64,000 nt of DNA from the NCBI GenBank assembly GCA_000004985.1, contig GG738861.1. One strand, 5' to 3'. The position numbers and the translations under genes were made by a program. This DNA comes from Naegleria gruberi. Lineage: Eukaryota. The notes under the pieces are model-generated. The model was not told the origin of the DNA, did not search any database, and was given only the letters and a program-made list of their open reading frames with translations. This document shows positions 10,005 through 21,748 of this stretch, piece by piece (position 1 is the stretch's first letter; each line of letters begins with the position of its first letter).

Positions 10005-12138
10005 ATGAGCAAACAAGAATTGCAGGAAACCATTGAAAAATCAACTAGCAAGACTGCTGCTGATGAGAGCAGTTTTGAAGAGGAAGAACATGAGGATATC
10101 ACTGCAGATGAACAAGTATTGCAAGATTTTTACAAGAAGGAAGCTCAGATTAAACAAGCTACTAAACCAAAGGAAGAAAAGCCGGTTGCTGCTTCTACTT
10201 ATGAAGATCAGGGAGAAGGTGCACATATGATTGAAATGCCATTAGATAAAACTAAGCTTTCCAAGACTGATATTAGGTCATTGCACAAAGATGAAGTAAA
10301 ACAAGCTAGAAAGGAATTGGACAAGCTTCCGAAGCCTCAAACTTTCCCAAATCATGCTGAAATTAGTTTCTTTGGTGCTTCAGGTACTGTTACTGGTAGT
10401 AAGCACATGATTACTTATGGATCTTTGAATGCTTTGATTGATTGCGGAATGTATCAAGGTTTGAAGGAACTTAGGTATGTTTTTTAATTCTTTCATTTGT
10501 TTTAATTAGATTAATTATCAAAGAGAGAGAAACTGGAAATTAATTTCATCATCAAAACCTGTTGAAACAATGTGTGATGCCATCATTATTACTCACTCTC
10601 ACTTGGATCACACTGGTTATCTTCCAAGGTATGTTTTTTATACAATGTTTTGATACAAATGAAAATTAAAACTATCAAAAATCATCAATCGGAATGAATA
10701 ATTTAATCTTCAATCATCATAATAATATCAAAATAGAATGGTTGCTCTTGGATTTACTGGACCAATCTACATGACAGAACAAACATTTAATTTGACCAAA
10801 CTAATCTTGTTGGATTCTGCTCGTTTACAAGAAGAAGATGCTCACTATGCCAATCACAAAGAAACTACTAAACATGAGGTTGCCCTTCCACTCTATTCCG
10901 AAGAAGATGTTCTCAACTGTTTCAAGTTGGTGAGAACTGTCAAGTATGGAGAAAAAATTGTTGTTAAAAGTAGATTGGATGAAGACAAATTCAGCTTTAA
11001 ATACTTTAATGCAGGACACTTGTTGGGATCATCGTTTGTTGAAATTACTCTTGACACAAAGGAAAAGATTATCTTTTCAGGAGATTTGGGAACTTTCCAC
11101 ACCTCCACTCCAATGCAACAACAACCTCAATTACCAATGGGAGCTGATTATGTTATTTGTGAAGCTACTTATGGTGGCAAGTCACACATTGATTTTGCAA
11201 CTGGTAGAGCTGCTGAGGATCAAGATTACATTATTGAAACTAAGGTTAAACCAGCGTTGAAACAAGCTGTTGAACATATTGTGGAAAATGATGGTGTAAT
11301 TCTTATTCCAGCTTTTGCCATTGGTCGTTCTCAAACTATTGCTTATCACTTGTTAAAGATGATGAGAGAGAAGGAAATTCCAACACTTCCTGTCCACATG
11401 AACTCTCCAATGTCAGTTGAAGCTCTTGATTTTTATCAACAATATTTATTGGACGAACATCAAAAGGATGCACACGAAATTTTGAGAGATGTCATTTGCC
11501 ATAATAGTGCTAAGGAATCTAAGGAACTTCACAAAAAGCTCAAGGATGGTTATTCTAAATGTGTCATTATCAGTAGTAGTGGTATGATGACAGGTGGTCG
11601 TTGTTTATTCCACTTTGAAGAATTGGCTCCTCATGAAAAGAACGTTCTCTTATTGAGTGGTTTCCAAGCTGAAGGTACAAGAGGTAGAGACTTGCTTAAT
11701 GGTGTCAGAGATATCAAATTATTGGGCAAGACTGTCAATGTTAAATGCCAAGTCATGCAAGTCCAAGGTTTGTCTGCTCACGGTGATACTGATGATGTTA
11801 TTAAATGGATTGAGGCTGCCAAAAATCCAAAACCAAAGATGGTTTTCGTTGTCCACGGAGAACCAACCTCACTCCGTAGTATGGCTAGAGAAATTTGTGT
11901 TGAATTGGATGTTAATGCTCTCGTTCCAAAGAGAGGTACAACATTCCACATGAGAACTGAACTCTCCTTCAGTCACAGTAGAAGAGCTAGTGTTGTTTCA
12001 ACCAATAACAGTTTACAAGATGTCATTTCAAGCAATATGCCTGATATTCCAAAACTTGGAAAGACCAATATGGTTCACGTGATGTATGCTGGTATTATTT
12101 TAATTGCCTTTATTGCCTTCCTTTTAAGATTCTTTTAA
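10005..12138 (+). CDS. bacterial-type β-CASP metallo-β-lactamase-fold RNA-metabolising hydrolase with acidic N-terminal extension and C-terminal TM anchor; 3 exons (10005..10474, ~10524..10628, 10737..12138)
   Basis: FFGASGTVTGSKHMI...LIDCGMYQG and AIIITHSHLDHTGYLP (HxHxDH), split by introns GTATGT...AG (~49 nt) and GTATGT...AAATAG (10629..10736). Also FNAGHLLGSS, YVICEATYGG, LSAHGD and VHGEP β-CASP motifs. C-terminus has hydrophobic helix AGIILIAFIAFLL. Confidence 0.7.
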
Positions 12139-12403
12139 ATTATTTGTAAATATATTTGACTTGTAAATTTCATTTGAATAATAATAAATTAAGTTATCCA
12201 CAACAATAAATAGGATGCTTCTCATTATTCTCTCTGCAGAGAGTTTCATCATCCATTGCACAATTCTTACTTTTTGTTCAACGGTAATGATACAAGTCAC
12301 AATCCACGCACTGATGATGACAAACACAAAAAAATTCCCTCTAACCTAATACAACGTGCTTTCATCACAACAAATAGAGAGGAAATTTTCATCATCAAAT
12401 AAT

Positions 12404-13781
12404 ATGGTCTCTAAATTATCATCAACAAGGAGTCTGTCGTCCTTTGCGATTGTACTCACCATTTTGTTCTCCATACTCGTATTGTGTAGTGCCGCAGATG
12501 AGAAGAAAACAGTTACCAGACAAACAAAAACCAACTCTGTCTATGAAACTCATGATGTTATCGATTTAGTGGTTGAAAAGTTGTGGTCTAAATACAACCC
12601 ATCAGAAACTTATAGTTATAAACAATTACCATTTTGCGATGCTAAAGGATCAACAGATACTTCATTGGGTGAAGAACTTACTGGTAGTGCTGATTCTGTC
12701 ATTTCAAATTATGATATTAGATTTGAAGGTTTGTTATTGCTTGTGTTAATTCAATCCCACTTACTATTAATTCTTTTCAACAATTTACTTTGATTGTATT
12801 ATTTTCTTTCTAATAATAATAATACCTAACAACAATAATACAATAATTAACATTAATAATGATAATGATAATAATAATTGATAATGTAAAATTCTAGTCG
12901 ATGTTCCTGCCGAGACTGAACTTTGCTCCAAGTCATTGAACAAGGAAGATTTGTCACTTTTACGTTCCTCAATCAAGGAAGATTATCTCATGCTCATGTA
13001 TTATGATGGTATTCCAATGATTGTTCACATTGGTTATTATGACACTGTTGAACACAAGTATTATCTTTACAATAGCTACAAATTCTCTTTGACTTACAAT
13101 GGTAATCATGTTATTACTGCTGTTGCTCAACCTTCTTCCAAGGTTGATATTTCTTCCGATGATGTTACTCTCATCAAGTTTAAATATTCAGCTGAATGGC
13201 AACAAACAGCCAAACAATACGTTACACGTGTTAATTACTTTATTGGTATGAACTTTAATAGTGATGAATTGGAAATCCAATGGTTCTCAATTATTAACAG
13301 CTTGATCTTTATCCTTGTTTTGACATCATTCTTGACATTTATCATTATTCGTATGCTCAGAAAGGATTATGATGCTATGGATTTGGTAATACACTATATT
13401 GAACTCCATTATTTGTATTTGAGTATGTGGGGTCAATATGGTCACGTTCCATTCCCAATTGTTTTGATGGTTGTCTTGATTTTGATTGCTGTCACTAGTT
13501 GCATTACCATTTCTCTCATTTATTTGACTCTCTCACAAGAAAACCACAATTGGTGGTGGAGAAGTATCAAGTTTGGTGGTACTAGCAGTATTTTCGTTTT
13601 TGGTTATTCCCTCTATTACTACATTATGGAAAGTGGCATGTCAGGCACTCTCCAAACAACCTTCTTTGTTGGTTACAACTTGGTTATTGCCTTTGCTGTT
13701 TTCTTAATGATGAGTACTGTTGGTTTCCTCTCTAGTTTGACCTTTGTCAAGAATATTTATAGTTCTATTAAGTGTGAATAA
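12404..13781 (+). CDS. TM9SF/nonaspanin-like membrane protein; 2 exons (12404..12728, 12898..13781)
   Basis: Signal peptide MVSKLSS...LVLCSAADE. Signatures YKQLPFC...SLGEELTG, YYDGIPMIVHIGYYD and C-terminal multi-TM region ending FVKNIYSSIKCE. Intron GTTTGT...TCTAG of 169 nt. Shorter than typical TM9SF, so further introns may be unresolved. Confidence 0.55.
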
Positions 13782-14008
13782 ATTTGATAATTTTTGTAAA
13801 ATTCAATTAGTTTTATTCATTAATGAACGGAGCAATCTCTGTTGTTGTCAATTAGGTTGATAAGTTTGACCTTGCTCTCATTGTAAAGGAAAAAAAGATT
13901 TGAAAAAGATTGTGGAATTTCCAACATTCATCAGATAACATTCTCCGTACAACCAACTGGTGTTGATGTTTTAATAATCACACGATAAAAAACCAGCACA
14001 CACACAAG

Positions 14009-16755
14009 ATGACATCACGGGGGATCAGCAAATTGTCATCCTCATCATCGTGCTCTTTCCTTTTATTTGTATTGCTATTATCATTGGCATTACTCTTAAT
14101 TAATTGTCATGCTGTTATCGGAGGTGAGTAAAATTATCATCATTATCATATCTTTACCAAATCTAAATATTGTACATTATCAATGACACAATACAATTTC
14201 ATCATCATAATCTTCTAATAGCCACTTACAAATTCCAGAGTGAATTGAAACAAATTGAAAACGGCAAAATTGTTGGTTTAGCTCAAGTGGAATATTCCTT
14301 TGAGAAATCACAACTTTTAATCAAGACTTCCTATTCATCAGAAGAAGAAGATATCGATGAAGAAGAAGCAGATAATTTATTGAAATATCAACTAGTACAT
14401 TCCAATTCATTATATTTAAATTATACCAAGTCGTTGATTGGTATTGAGGAAACCAATGATGAACCATTGAAGAATTATACACTTCCGATTGTAATTGAAT
14501 TGGGAAATTCAATTGATGGTTCAATAATAGTTGTAAATAATACGAATTATTATGTGAAAATTCCAGATTTGTTCAAGGGAAAATATGCTTTGCAAATTGT
14601 GAATCATTCTCGTGGTGGTGTTGCTTTTGGAATTTTACAAAATACTTGTGGATCTTTATCTCCAATTCAGGATTATTCAATTACTAGTTGGAAATTGTGG
14701 TTTGTTTTGGTAACTGTTTTGGGAATGTTGATTGGTTTGATTTTTGACTTGTACAGACCTTATTTTGTAATTTTTATGGCTCTTGTTTTCTTTTTATTGA
14801 GTGGAGTTTTGACATTGAAGGAGGCATTGAATGGGTTCTCAAATGATGGATTGTTGGCTATTGCATTTCTCTTCCCAGTTGTCCAACCTCTTTCTACCAA
14901 TCCAATTTTGTTGAAATTGTCAAGTATCATGTTTGGAAAACCTTGGCTTACTCCAAGATTATCCTATTTGAGAATGTTTCTCCCAATTGCCATCTTGTCC
15001 TCAATTTTGAACAATACTCCAATTGTTGTCTTGTTTTTACCAATTATTAAGGATTGGTGCAGAGCTAATGGGTTATCTCCTTCCAAGTTTTTAATTCCAT
15101 TGAGTTATTTCACTGTTGCTGGTGGTTTGTGTACATTGATTGGTACTAGTACTAATCTGGTGGTTTCAGGATTGATGGTCAATTATGGATATAGATCCTT
15201 CTCATTCTTTGAATTTATTTATATTGGTGGAATTTTACTCGTGGCTACCTTTATTTACATGATGACATTCGGATATAGTTTATTACCTAATAAGAAGGGT
15301 GGTTTATTCAAGTATGCAACTGAGAGGGCTGAAAATTTCCTTTCCCAATTGACTGTTACGGATCCACAATCTCCTCTCTTGAGAAAGAACAAGACTAAAT
15401 TATTGGAACATTTACATTTACCTAAATTGGAAATTATTGAAGTGATTCGTCCACAAGGTCGTTTTGAAGAAAGCGCCGAATCTTTGGATGATAACATGAC
15501 GGAAAAGATTGTTCCAGTTCCAGATGATTATATTGTTCAGTTGGGAGATAAGATTTTCTTCAAGGGAAGTCCAAAGGATATTATGGCCTTGCACTCAGTT
15601 ACTGGACTTTCTGATAAATTTAAGGATACTAGTATTTTCAAAGTGATTGGTACTGAAGAATTGAGAAAATCTTTGGATGAAACTACAGTCAATTTGGATC
15701 AAAATGAAGTCACTGAGGAAAATGCTCAAGAAGAAGGATCTCAACCGCAAGCAGGTGAAAATTCCCTCACTAGATTCCCAGTTCCAAAGAGTCAATTGAA
15801 ACAAGCTTTAGGTCAAGAAGAATCAGAGCCATCCAATGATCCAGAATATTTTGAAATTGTTGTAGGAACCAGTAATCCATGTTGTGGACAGACCTACAGT
15901 GAATTCTCTCAATTCTATCAAGTTGCATTATTCGCAGTGAGACATCGTGAGTCAATTATCAAATCAACCACTGATGCCAGTGACTTTTCTGAACTCAAAG
16001 TTCAAGTTGGTGATACAGTTCTCGTTTTATGCAAGGCAGATTTCTATGAGAAACATAGAGAAAGTCTCGAATTTTTCAGCATTTCTAGATGTAGTGTCAA
16101 TCCAAAAATCGATCACAGACCATTCATTGTGAAATTTAGAGGAAGAGAGTTTAACTTGTGGTGGTGGGAATATTTAATCTTTCCAATCTTTATGGCCATG
16201 ATTATTGGAGCTAGTGCTGGAATTCCAATGGTCATTTGTGCAATGGTTGCATTTGGATTGATGGTCATTTTGAAATTGCTCTCACCAACCAAAGCTATAG
16301 CCTCTGTCGATTGGGAATTAATCATTCTGGTAGCATGTTCTTTAGGTGTTGGTACTGGTATTAGAAATTCAGGCATTTCTGAAGCATTTTCTGAACTCAT
16401 CAATGCCATGAATATTCCGGATATTATTTTGCCAGCCATCATGTTCTTCATTACTCAAACCATCACTCAGGTCATTACCAATAACAGTGCAGCAGCCACA
16501 ACTCTCCCACTCGCTCTAGCATTGGCTCAATCAAGAAATTTAAACTCTCAAATGTTTGGAATTATTGTTGCTGTTGCCTCCTCCAGTGAATTTGCAACTC
16601 CAATCGGATATCAATGCAATTTAATTATTCAAGGACCTGGTGGATATGGATTTTTGGATTATGTAAAGGTGGGTCTTCCTCTCAATATGATTTACTTTGT
16701 GCTGTGTAGTGTGTTTATTCCATTAATTTGGGGATTGAGAGAACCAAACTTTTAA
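14009..16755 (+). CDS. DASS/CitT-ArsB-superfamily anion permease with central tandem TrkA-C (RCK_C)-like domains; 2 exons (14009..14123, 14222..16755)
   Basis: Exon 1 encodes the signal peptide MTSRGISKL...LLLINCHAVIGG, followed by intron GTGAGT...TAATAG (14124..14221). Two multi-helix permease halves (GTSTNLVVSGL, ANSIGYQCNLIIQGPGGYG) flank a soluble ~330-aa region. Confidence 0.6.
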
Positions 16756-16813
16756 TAAATCCTTAAATAATATCGTTAACAAGTTTGAAATTTAATTAAA
16801 TCTCATATTCTCT

Positions 16814-18001
16814 TTAAGGTTGAAAACAATCGAAAAATCGTTTCTTTCTCTGCAATGCTTCACATCCATATTCCTCATAATCCGCCATAGCAACAGCCAT
16901 TTCTGCGAAGGACTCAAGGGAACCAGCAATACTTCCTCCAATCCATGATGAGTAACGTCTCTCAGGAGCTGCCACCACACTTAATCTCAATGATTTTGGT
17001 ATTAATTGTGCCAAATCATGTCTAATTCTGTCTGCCAGTCCAGGAAGGAGCGAAACTCCTCCCGAAATGATAATATTATTGTAGAGACCGTAGCGAGTGT
17101 CAATGTTTGATGCTTGCATGCTGTCTTGAATAATATCAACAATTCCTGGATATTCAGAATTAATTATTTGAGGATTGAAGAGAATTTCATTACATGTGAA
17201 ATGTTCATGAGATAGATTTAACACTTGACCATCAGGTAGCTCATACTGTTGATGTCCTTCACTAGACATTCGACTATTTTCATATTCTCTATCATAATCC
17301 TCTGCAACACGACCAATTTTCCTAATCATTTGATCCACAATTGACCTATTCCCTTCCAAACAAATTCCATGATTTTCACTCAACATTTTAATCATGTAAT
17401 CTGTAACATTGGCTCCTCCAAAATTAATCCTCCTCGTTGTATTATTATCTACAAATCCCCAATAACATGGCACTATCTGAATCACACCCTCTCCCAAGCA
17501 TAAACTCAGTGCCGTCGTTGTTCCACATGCATAGACAGACATGAGAGGTTGTGGAGAGCAGGCAAACGATCCAAATCCATACTTTTCAAAGAATAATTGC
17601 ATTAAATGATTCTTCTGTGAGGAGGGTTGTAAAATTGAATCAATGAATAGTATTGATCTCGATTCATTGTCTGAAATTTCACATTCAGAATTTTGAGTAT
17701 TTTTTGAGAGAATTTCTTGAAAGGTATAATCAAGTAAAATTTCCATCAAATCCCAATTTTTAATAATTCCATTTCGGATGGGATAGTTTAGATTGAGAAT
17801 TCCTTCTCGTTTAATTGCCTGATCACCAATATAACCTGATTTCATAGTGCAATCACTAATCATGATGGGTGAATATTTAGGTGTTCCGATACAGGAAGGA
17901 AAGACACAGCTGGGTGCATCTTCTCCTGCTATGCCTGCATAGAATGTGCTTGAACCGCAATCTAAAACGAATACTTCTGGCCACTCATCACTGAATGACA
18001 T
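16814..18001 (-). CDS. actin-related protein (divergent actin fold), 395 aa
   Basis: N-terminal VLDCGSSTFYAGIAGEDAPSCVFPS and C-terminal LRLSVVAAPERRYSSWIGGSIAGSLESF are actin-family signatures with insertions. Subfamily is not assignable by eye. Confidence 0.65.
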   Translation of the reverse strand: MSFSDEWPEVFVLDCGSSTFYAGIAGEDAPSCVFPSCIGTPKYSPIMISDCTMKSGYIGDQAIKREGILNLNYPIRNGIIKNWDLMEILLDYTFQEILSKNTQNSECEISDNESRSILFIDSILQPSSQKNHLMQLFFEKYGFGSFACSPQPLMSVYACGTTTALSLCLGEGVIQIVPCYWGFVDNNTTRRINFGGANVTDYMIKMLSENHGICLEGNRSIVDQMIRKIGRVAEDYDREYENSRMSSEGHQQYELPDGQVLNLSHEHFTCNEILFNPQIINSEYPGIVDIIQDSMQASNIDTRYGLYNNIIISGGVSLLPGLADRIRHDLAQLIPKSLRLSVVAAPERRYSSWIGGSIAGSLESFAEMAVAMADYEEYGCEALQRKKRFFDCFQP

Positions 18002-18093
18002 TTTTTTTAAATTATTCTCTTATTGGAGAGATTACAAAAAAGGTATTACAAAATCAAAATATCAATGTGAATAGTTGTGTTGTTAAAATATAT

Positions 18094-19242
18094 TTACAAT
18101 TTTTGATACAAGACTACTTGAACTAATTCCTTTCCATCATTGGCATTGGAAATTTCAATAACCTTAATTAAAGATGAATAGGAATTGAGCCACAACTTGA
18201 CCTTTTCAGTGAGTGAAAGTAAAGAGCTAATTTTTTGACTCTTTGAAGTATATGGAACTGTGAATGCCTTTGAAGCAAAGAAACCAGATGGAAGACTATT
18301 GACGTATTGATAATCGGAATAGGCAGTAATGCTCAATCTAACACCCAATTTACCGACATGTTCTCTCAATTGTTGATCCTTGAATAAATCGAATGAATAC
18401 ATTGGTTGTTGTTGTTGTTCGGTGCCTGTCTTTAAAAAGTCAGCCAAAGTAAAACATGGTGAATAAGCAATAGCAGTCTTTTGGACATCCAAAAGGTTAA
18501 CCTTGGTCTTTTTCACAATAACATAAATAAAAAAGTTGTGCAATGATTTTTGTGGATCAGAATTGACAAGAGCTTCAATTCTCTCAGTGAAGGTGGATAC
18601 CTTATCTAAGGCAGTAATGTGAACCTTCAAGTCAGGTCTATAAGTGGCACTTCCTCCAATTTCATTCTTGTTAATCTTTTGAGAAATATTTGGAATTGTC
18701 TTGTGTTGGATGATCATTTCAAAAGTAATTCTTGAACTGACTTGACCCAATGCAGTTGGATGAACCAATTGGCAATCCAAAAATCCAGAATCAATAGTAT
18801 ATTCATATAAAGTTTGAGGATTTTCAATATTGCCAATTGGATTATACTTTGGTTGGAGATAGGTATTATTTCTAGTGGTTGAATTTGTGGTTGGTGTGGA
18901 GGAAATGGACATGCTATTTACAAGACTACTCAATGAATCATTAACCGTCTCGATAATACCACGGGATGGTGGTGCCTGATTGTTAGTATTATTATTATTA
19001 TCATTGGTCATAATGGTTGATTCAACTAATGGTTGTTGTTGAGAAGGGGATGATCCGACGACAACTGGTGGTAATTGTTGTTGTTGATACATTGGTTGTT
19101 GTGGCTGTTGTTGGTTATATACAGATCCACTCATGGTAGTATCAATGGATGAATACATCAGACCATTACTTTGATCATGATCATCCAACTTGACGTAGTG
19201 TTCAGTGCTTTGTGGAGGCAAGTTATTATTGTTATTGGACAT
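18094..19242 (-). CDS. hypothetical protein with N/Q-rich N-terminus and globular C-terminal half, 382 aa
   Basis: Long ORF with poly-N/poly-Q tracts. The C-terminal half is non-repetitive (possible mu-homology-like β-rich domain; unverified). Confidence 0.45.
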   Translation of the reverse strand: MSNNNNNLPPQSTEHYVKLDDHDQSNGLMYSSIDTTMSGSVYNQQQPQQPMYQQQQLPPVVVGSSPSQQQPLVESTIMTNDNNNNTNNQAPPSRGIIETVNDSLSSLVNSMSISSTPTTNSTTRNNTYLQPKYNPIGNIENPQTLYEYTIDSGFLDCQLVHPTALGQVSSRITFEMIIQHKTIPNISQKINKNEIGGSATYRPDLKVHITALDKVSTFTERIEALVNSDPQKSLHNFFIYVIVKKTKVNLLDVQKTAIAYSPCFTLADFLKTGTEQQQQPMYSFDLFKDQQLREHVGKLGVRLSITAYSDYQYVNSLPSGFFASKAFTVPYTSKSQKISSLLSLTEKVKLWLNSYSSLIKVIEISNANDGKELVQVVLYQKL

Positions 19243-20233
19243 TGAGCGGGAAAGATTTTGAGATATTTTTTAAGAGTTTTGATTTTGAATAGAGATTGGA
19301 AAAGGCTCAAAATAAAGTTTGCTTGAATTTGAAGGGAATTGGAAAGAAGATAAGGATGGAAGGTTTTGTTAAGTGAAAAGGAAGAGGAATCCAAAATGAT
19401 GATAATTGCAAATATGGATTAAGGGTGTTTGACACGTGTAAATTACATATTTTAATATTTCTTAATGATGATGATGAACATTATTGAATTTTTGTGAAAC
19501 TTTCTGATGAATTAAAATTCCTTCAAGCGTATGTATGGACAATGTATTAGAATACCACATCTCTGTAATGTGATTGGAATTGTACAATGAAACAATCAAT
19601 CTATGGAATATTCCAAACCCTACCCAGAATCCTTAATCGTCATACTGTTATTCTAACTGTATTCAGTTTATATAACTACTGGATAGGAAGACTTAATCCT
19701 AACAAACTCAAAGACCTTTATATCTCTCAATGAGCGTGCAACTTGACGATATTGATGGATGTAAAAATCGATTGATAATCAAAAATACTACAGAAATTTC
19801 CTAACTGTGTGCATTCTCACCTGTTGAAAGAGATAAAACAGTGACCTCTGCTTTATATAATTGTTATAAACATCTGTGCCGATCAATCTCTCTTGATGAT
19901 TTTAAGGATAATTCACAGGATTGATGTATAGCAGCACAATATTAGCAGAGTTTACAAAAGTATTAGTGTGAAAGGAATATTCTCCATAGCCACTGTTGTT
20001 GATAATTTCTTCAAATAGTGGTTTTTTGGCCAAAATAAAACATCTTTATATTCTTCTCAAATTATAGATTCATCCAAAAAAGTCAAAAAGACGAAAACGC
20101 GATTTTATTTGGTATCCAAAACTCATTTTTAGGCAATTTTATACTGTACTATATTTGAAAGACTCGCTATGCACTTTGTGTTCTCTCTCCAAACACATAC
20201 AAAGGCTACCCATGAAAAAAAAGCCTAAACATC

Positions 20234-21748
20234 ATGTTGGCGGCAAATTATCAAAACAACAATAGCAAGCTGAACATTTCGAAGGCTTCGTTTTCGTCTT
20301 GTGAACCAAACAAGGAAGAAGTAAGCAGCATGCTTGAACAACAACAGCAACAACAACAATCATTGAATGATTCATTGGGTGTTCTCTTGTTTCATTCCTC
20401 ATCATCAACAGCACCTCCTCCTCATACAAACAATAATTCTTCTTCACCATCCACTCCAACAAGGAGACAACCATCTGCAAGAAAACAACAACAAATTACT
20501 GAATATGAAGATGACATTGTATTCGGAAAGGCTTTGGAAGTGTTGGATCTCAAACAAGGAGTTAACAAGTCAATTGTATCATCTGCTTCTGGTTCTGTTC
20601 ATTCACCTTTTAGTGTTGTTCAACAACAACAACAGAATAAGGAATGTTTTGGAGTAAATACAAGTTCTCAATTGAATGGTGGTGGTGATCCATCAAGGAG
20701 GGCAGAGTTTAATTCACCACTTCCTTCACTCTCTCCAAAGCCATTTACTAAATTAACGAGTCAGCTCTCTTCGTCATCATCCAATTCGTCATCTTCGAAT
20801 GGATCAGAAGAGACGTTATCTTCCAATTCGAATGAGGATGGAAACTGTCTGTATGGCAGTCCAAAGAAACCAAAGACACCCACCAAAAAGACATTTGCAA
20901 CCTATGATGGTTATTTGACATCTCAATCTTTCAATTCTTGCAATTCTTCAATGAATTCAATTAGTACGGGTGGTAGCAGAATTTATGATCCATCAACTTC
21001 ACCATCCATTGTTGAAAGGAGAAGGAGTAGAACACTTGCCTCGTGTGATGCCTATCAAAAGACAATAGATGACTATCTCCATATTCAATGTATTGAGAAT
21101 TATATTCCAACCATTACTAATAATTCAACGAAATGTATACAGGTCACTTTGAAAATTGATTCCTACATTAAGGGATTCGAGAGTGAGGTACTGACTGATT
21201 GTCATCCATTAGAGCACGAATGTGTTTCTCCAACATTAAGCAAGACAAAGAAGAAGGAAAAGCCACAATTTGCGAGTGTGGTTGTTTACAAAAAGAATTG
21301 TAAAAATAAGAAACATTTAGAAACAATGTTCAAGACTATGATTCTTCCACCCAACTCTACCATCAATCTTACTCCAAACAGTTGTCAAGATACAATGTCT
21401 TTGACTGACGACTGTCATAGCCCAGACTGTGTAAAGAATGTAAAAAAGCACTATAGTTACGAGATTATATCCAAAGGATTTGTCAAGGGAAATTCGAGCC
21501 CTTCCCAATCAGATTTATTTATTCCATCACCATCTAGCAATACATACGAACAAGCAGATGGCATGATGACTAGTAGCTCTTCAGAGAGCTCGTCCACCTC
21601 CTCACCAACACAATCATTCTTTGGCAGTAGCCATTCCCTGAATAGAAACCTCTCTGTAAATGAAGAAACAAGACAATGCACCACACCACCTCCAGGTTGG
21701 AATCTAGAAAGATTGAAATTCCTGTCAATAGCAGACCACGTCGATTGA
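20234..21748 (+). CDS. hypothetical S/N/Q-rich low-complexity protein, 504 aa
   Basis: Long ORF from an ATG, (CAA)n tracts, ends TGA. It may be joined to 21676..22782 by an unrecognised intron or frameshift. Confidence 0.4.
   Translation: MLAANYQNNNSKLNISKASFSSCEPNKEEVSSMLEQQQQQQQSLNDSLGVLLFHSSSSTAPPPHTNNNSSSPSTPTRRQPSARKQQQITEYEDDIVFGKALEVLDLKQGVNKSIVSSASGSVHSPFSVVQQQQQNKECFGVNTSSQLNGGGDPSRRAEFNSPLPSLSPKPFTKLTSQLSSSSSNSSSSNGSEETLSSNSNEDGNCLYGSPKKPKTPTKKTFATYDGYLTSQSFNSCNSSMNSISTGGSRIYDPSTSPSIVERRRSRTLASCDAYQKTIDDYLHIQCIENYIPTITNNSTKCIQVTLKIDSYIKGFESEVLTDCHPLEHECVSPTLSKTKKKEKPQFASVVVYKKNCKNKKHLETMFKTMILPPNSTINLTPNSCQDTMSLTDDCHSPDCVKNVKKHYSYEIISKGFVKGNSSPSQSDLFIPSPSSNTYEQADGMMTSSSSESSSTSSPTQSFFGSSHSLNRNLSVNEETRQCTTPPPGWNLERLKFLSIADHVD

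Noticed and set aside
10033-11953. ORFs 10033..10230, 10041..10226, 10825..11019, 10893..11108, 10946..11260, 11657..11953
   Set aside because: Shadow ORFs within or antisense to the β-CASP gene, with low-complexity translations.
19400-20230. Possible additional tRNA or mobile element in the long divergent-promoter region between 18094..19242(-) and 20234(+)
   Set aside because: No cloverleaf-compatible segment and no repeat-motif copies found by eye. Treated as a plain bidirectional promoter region.
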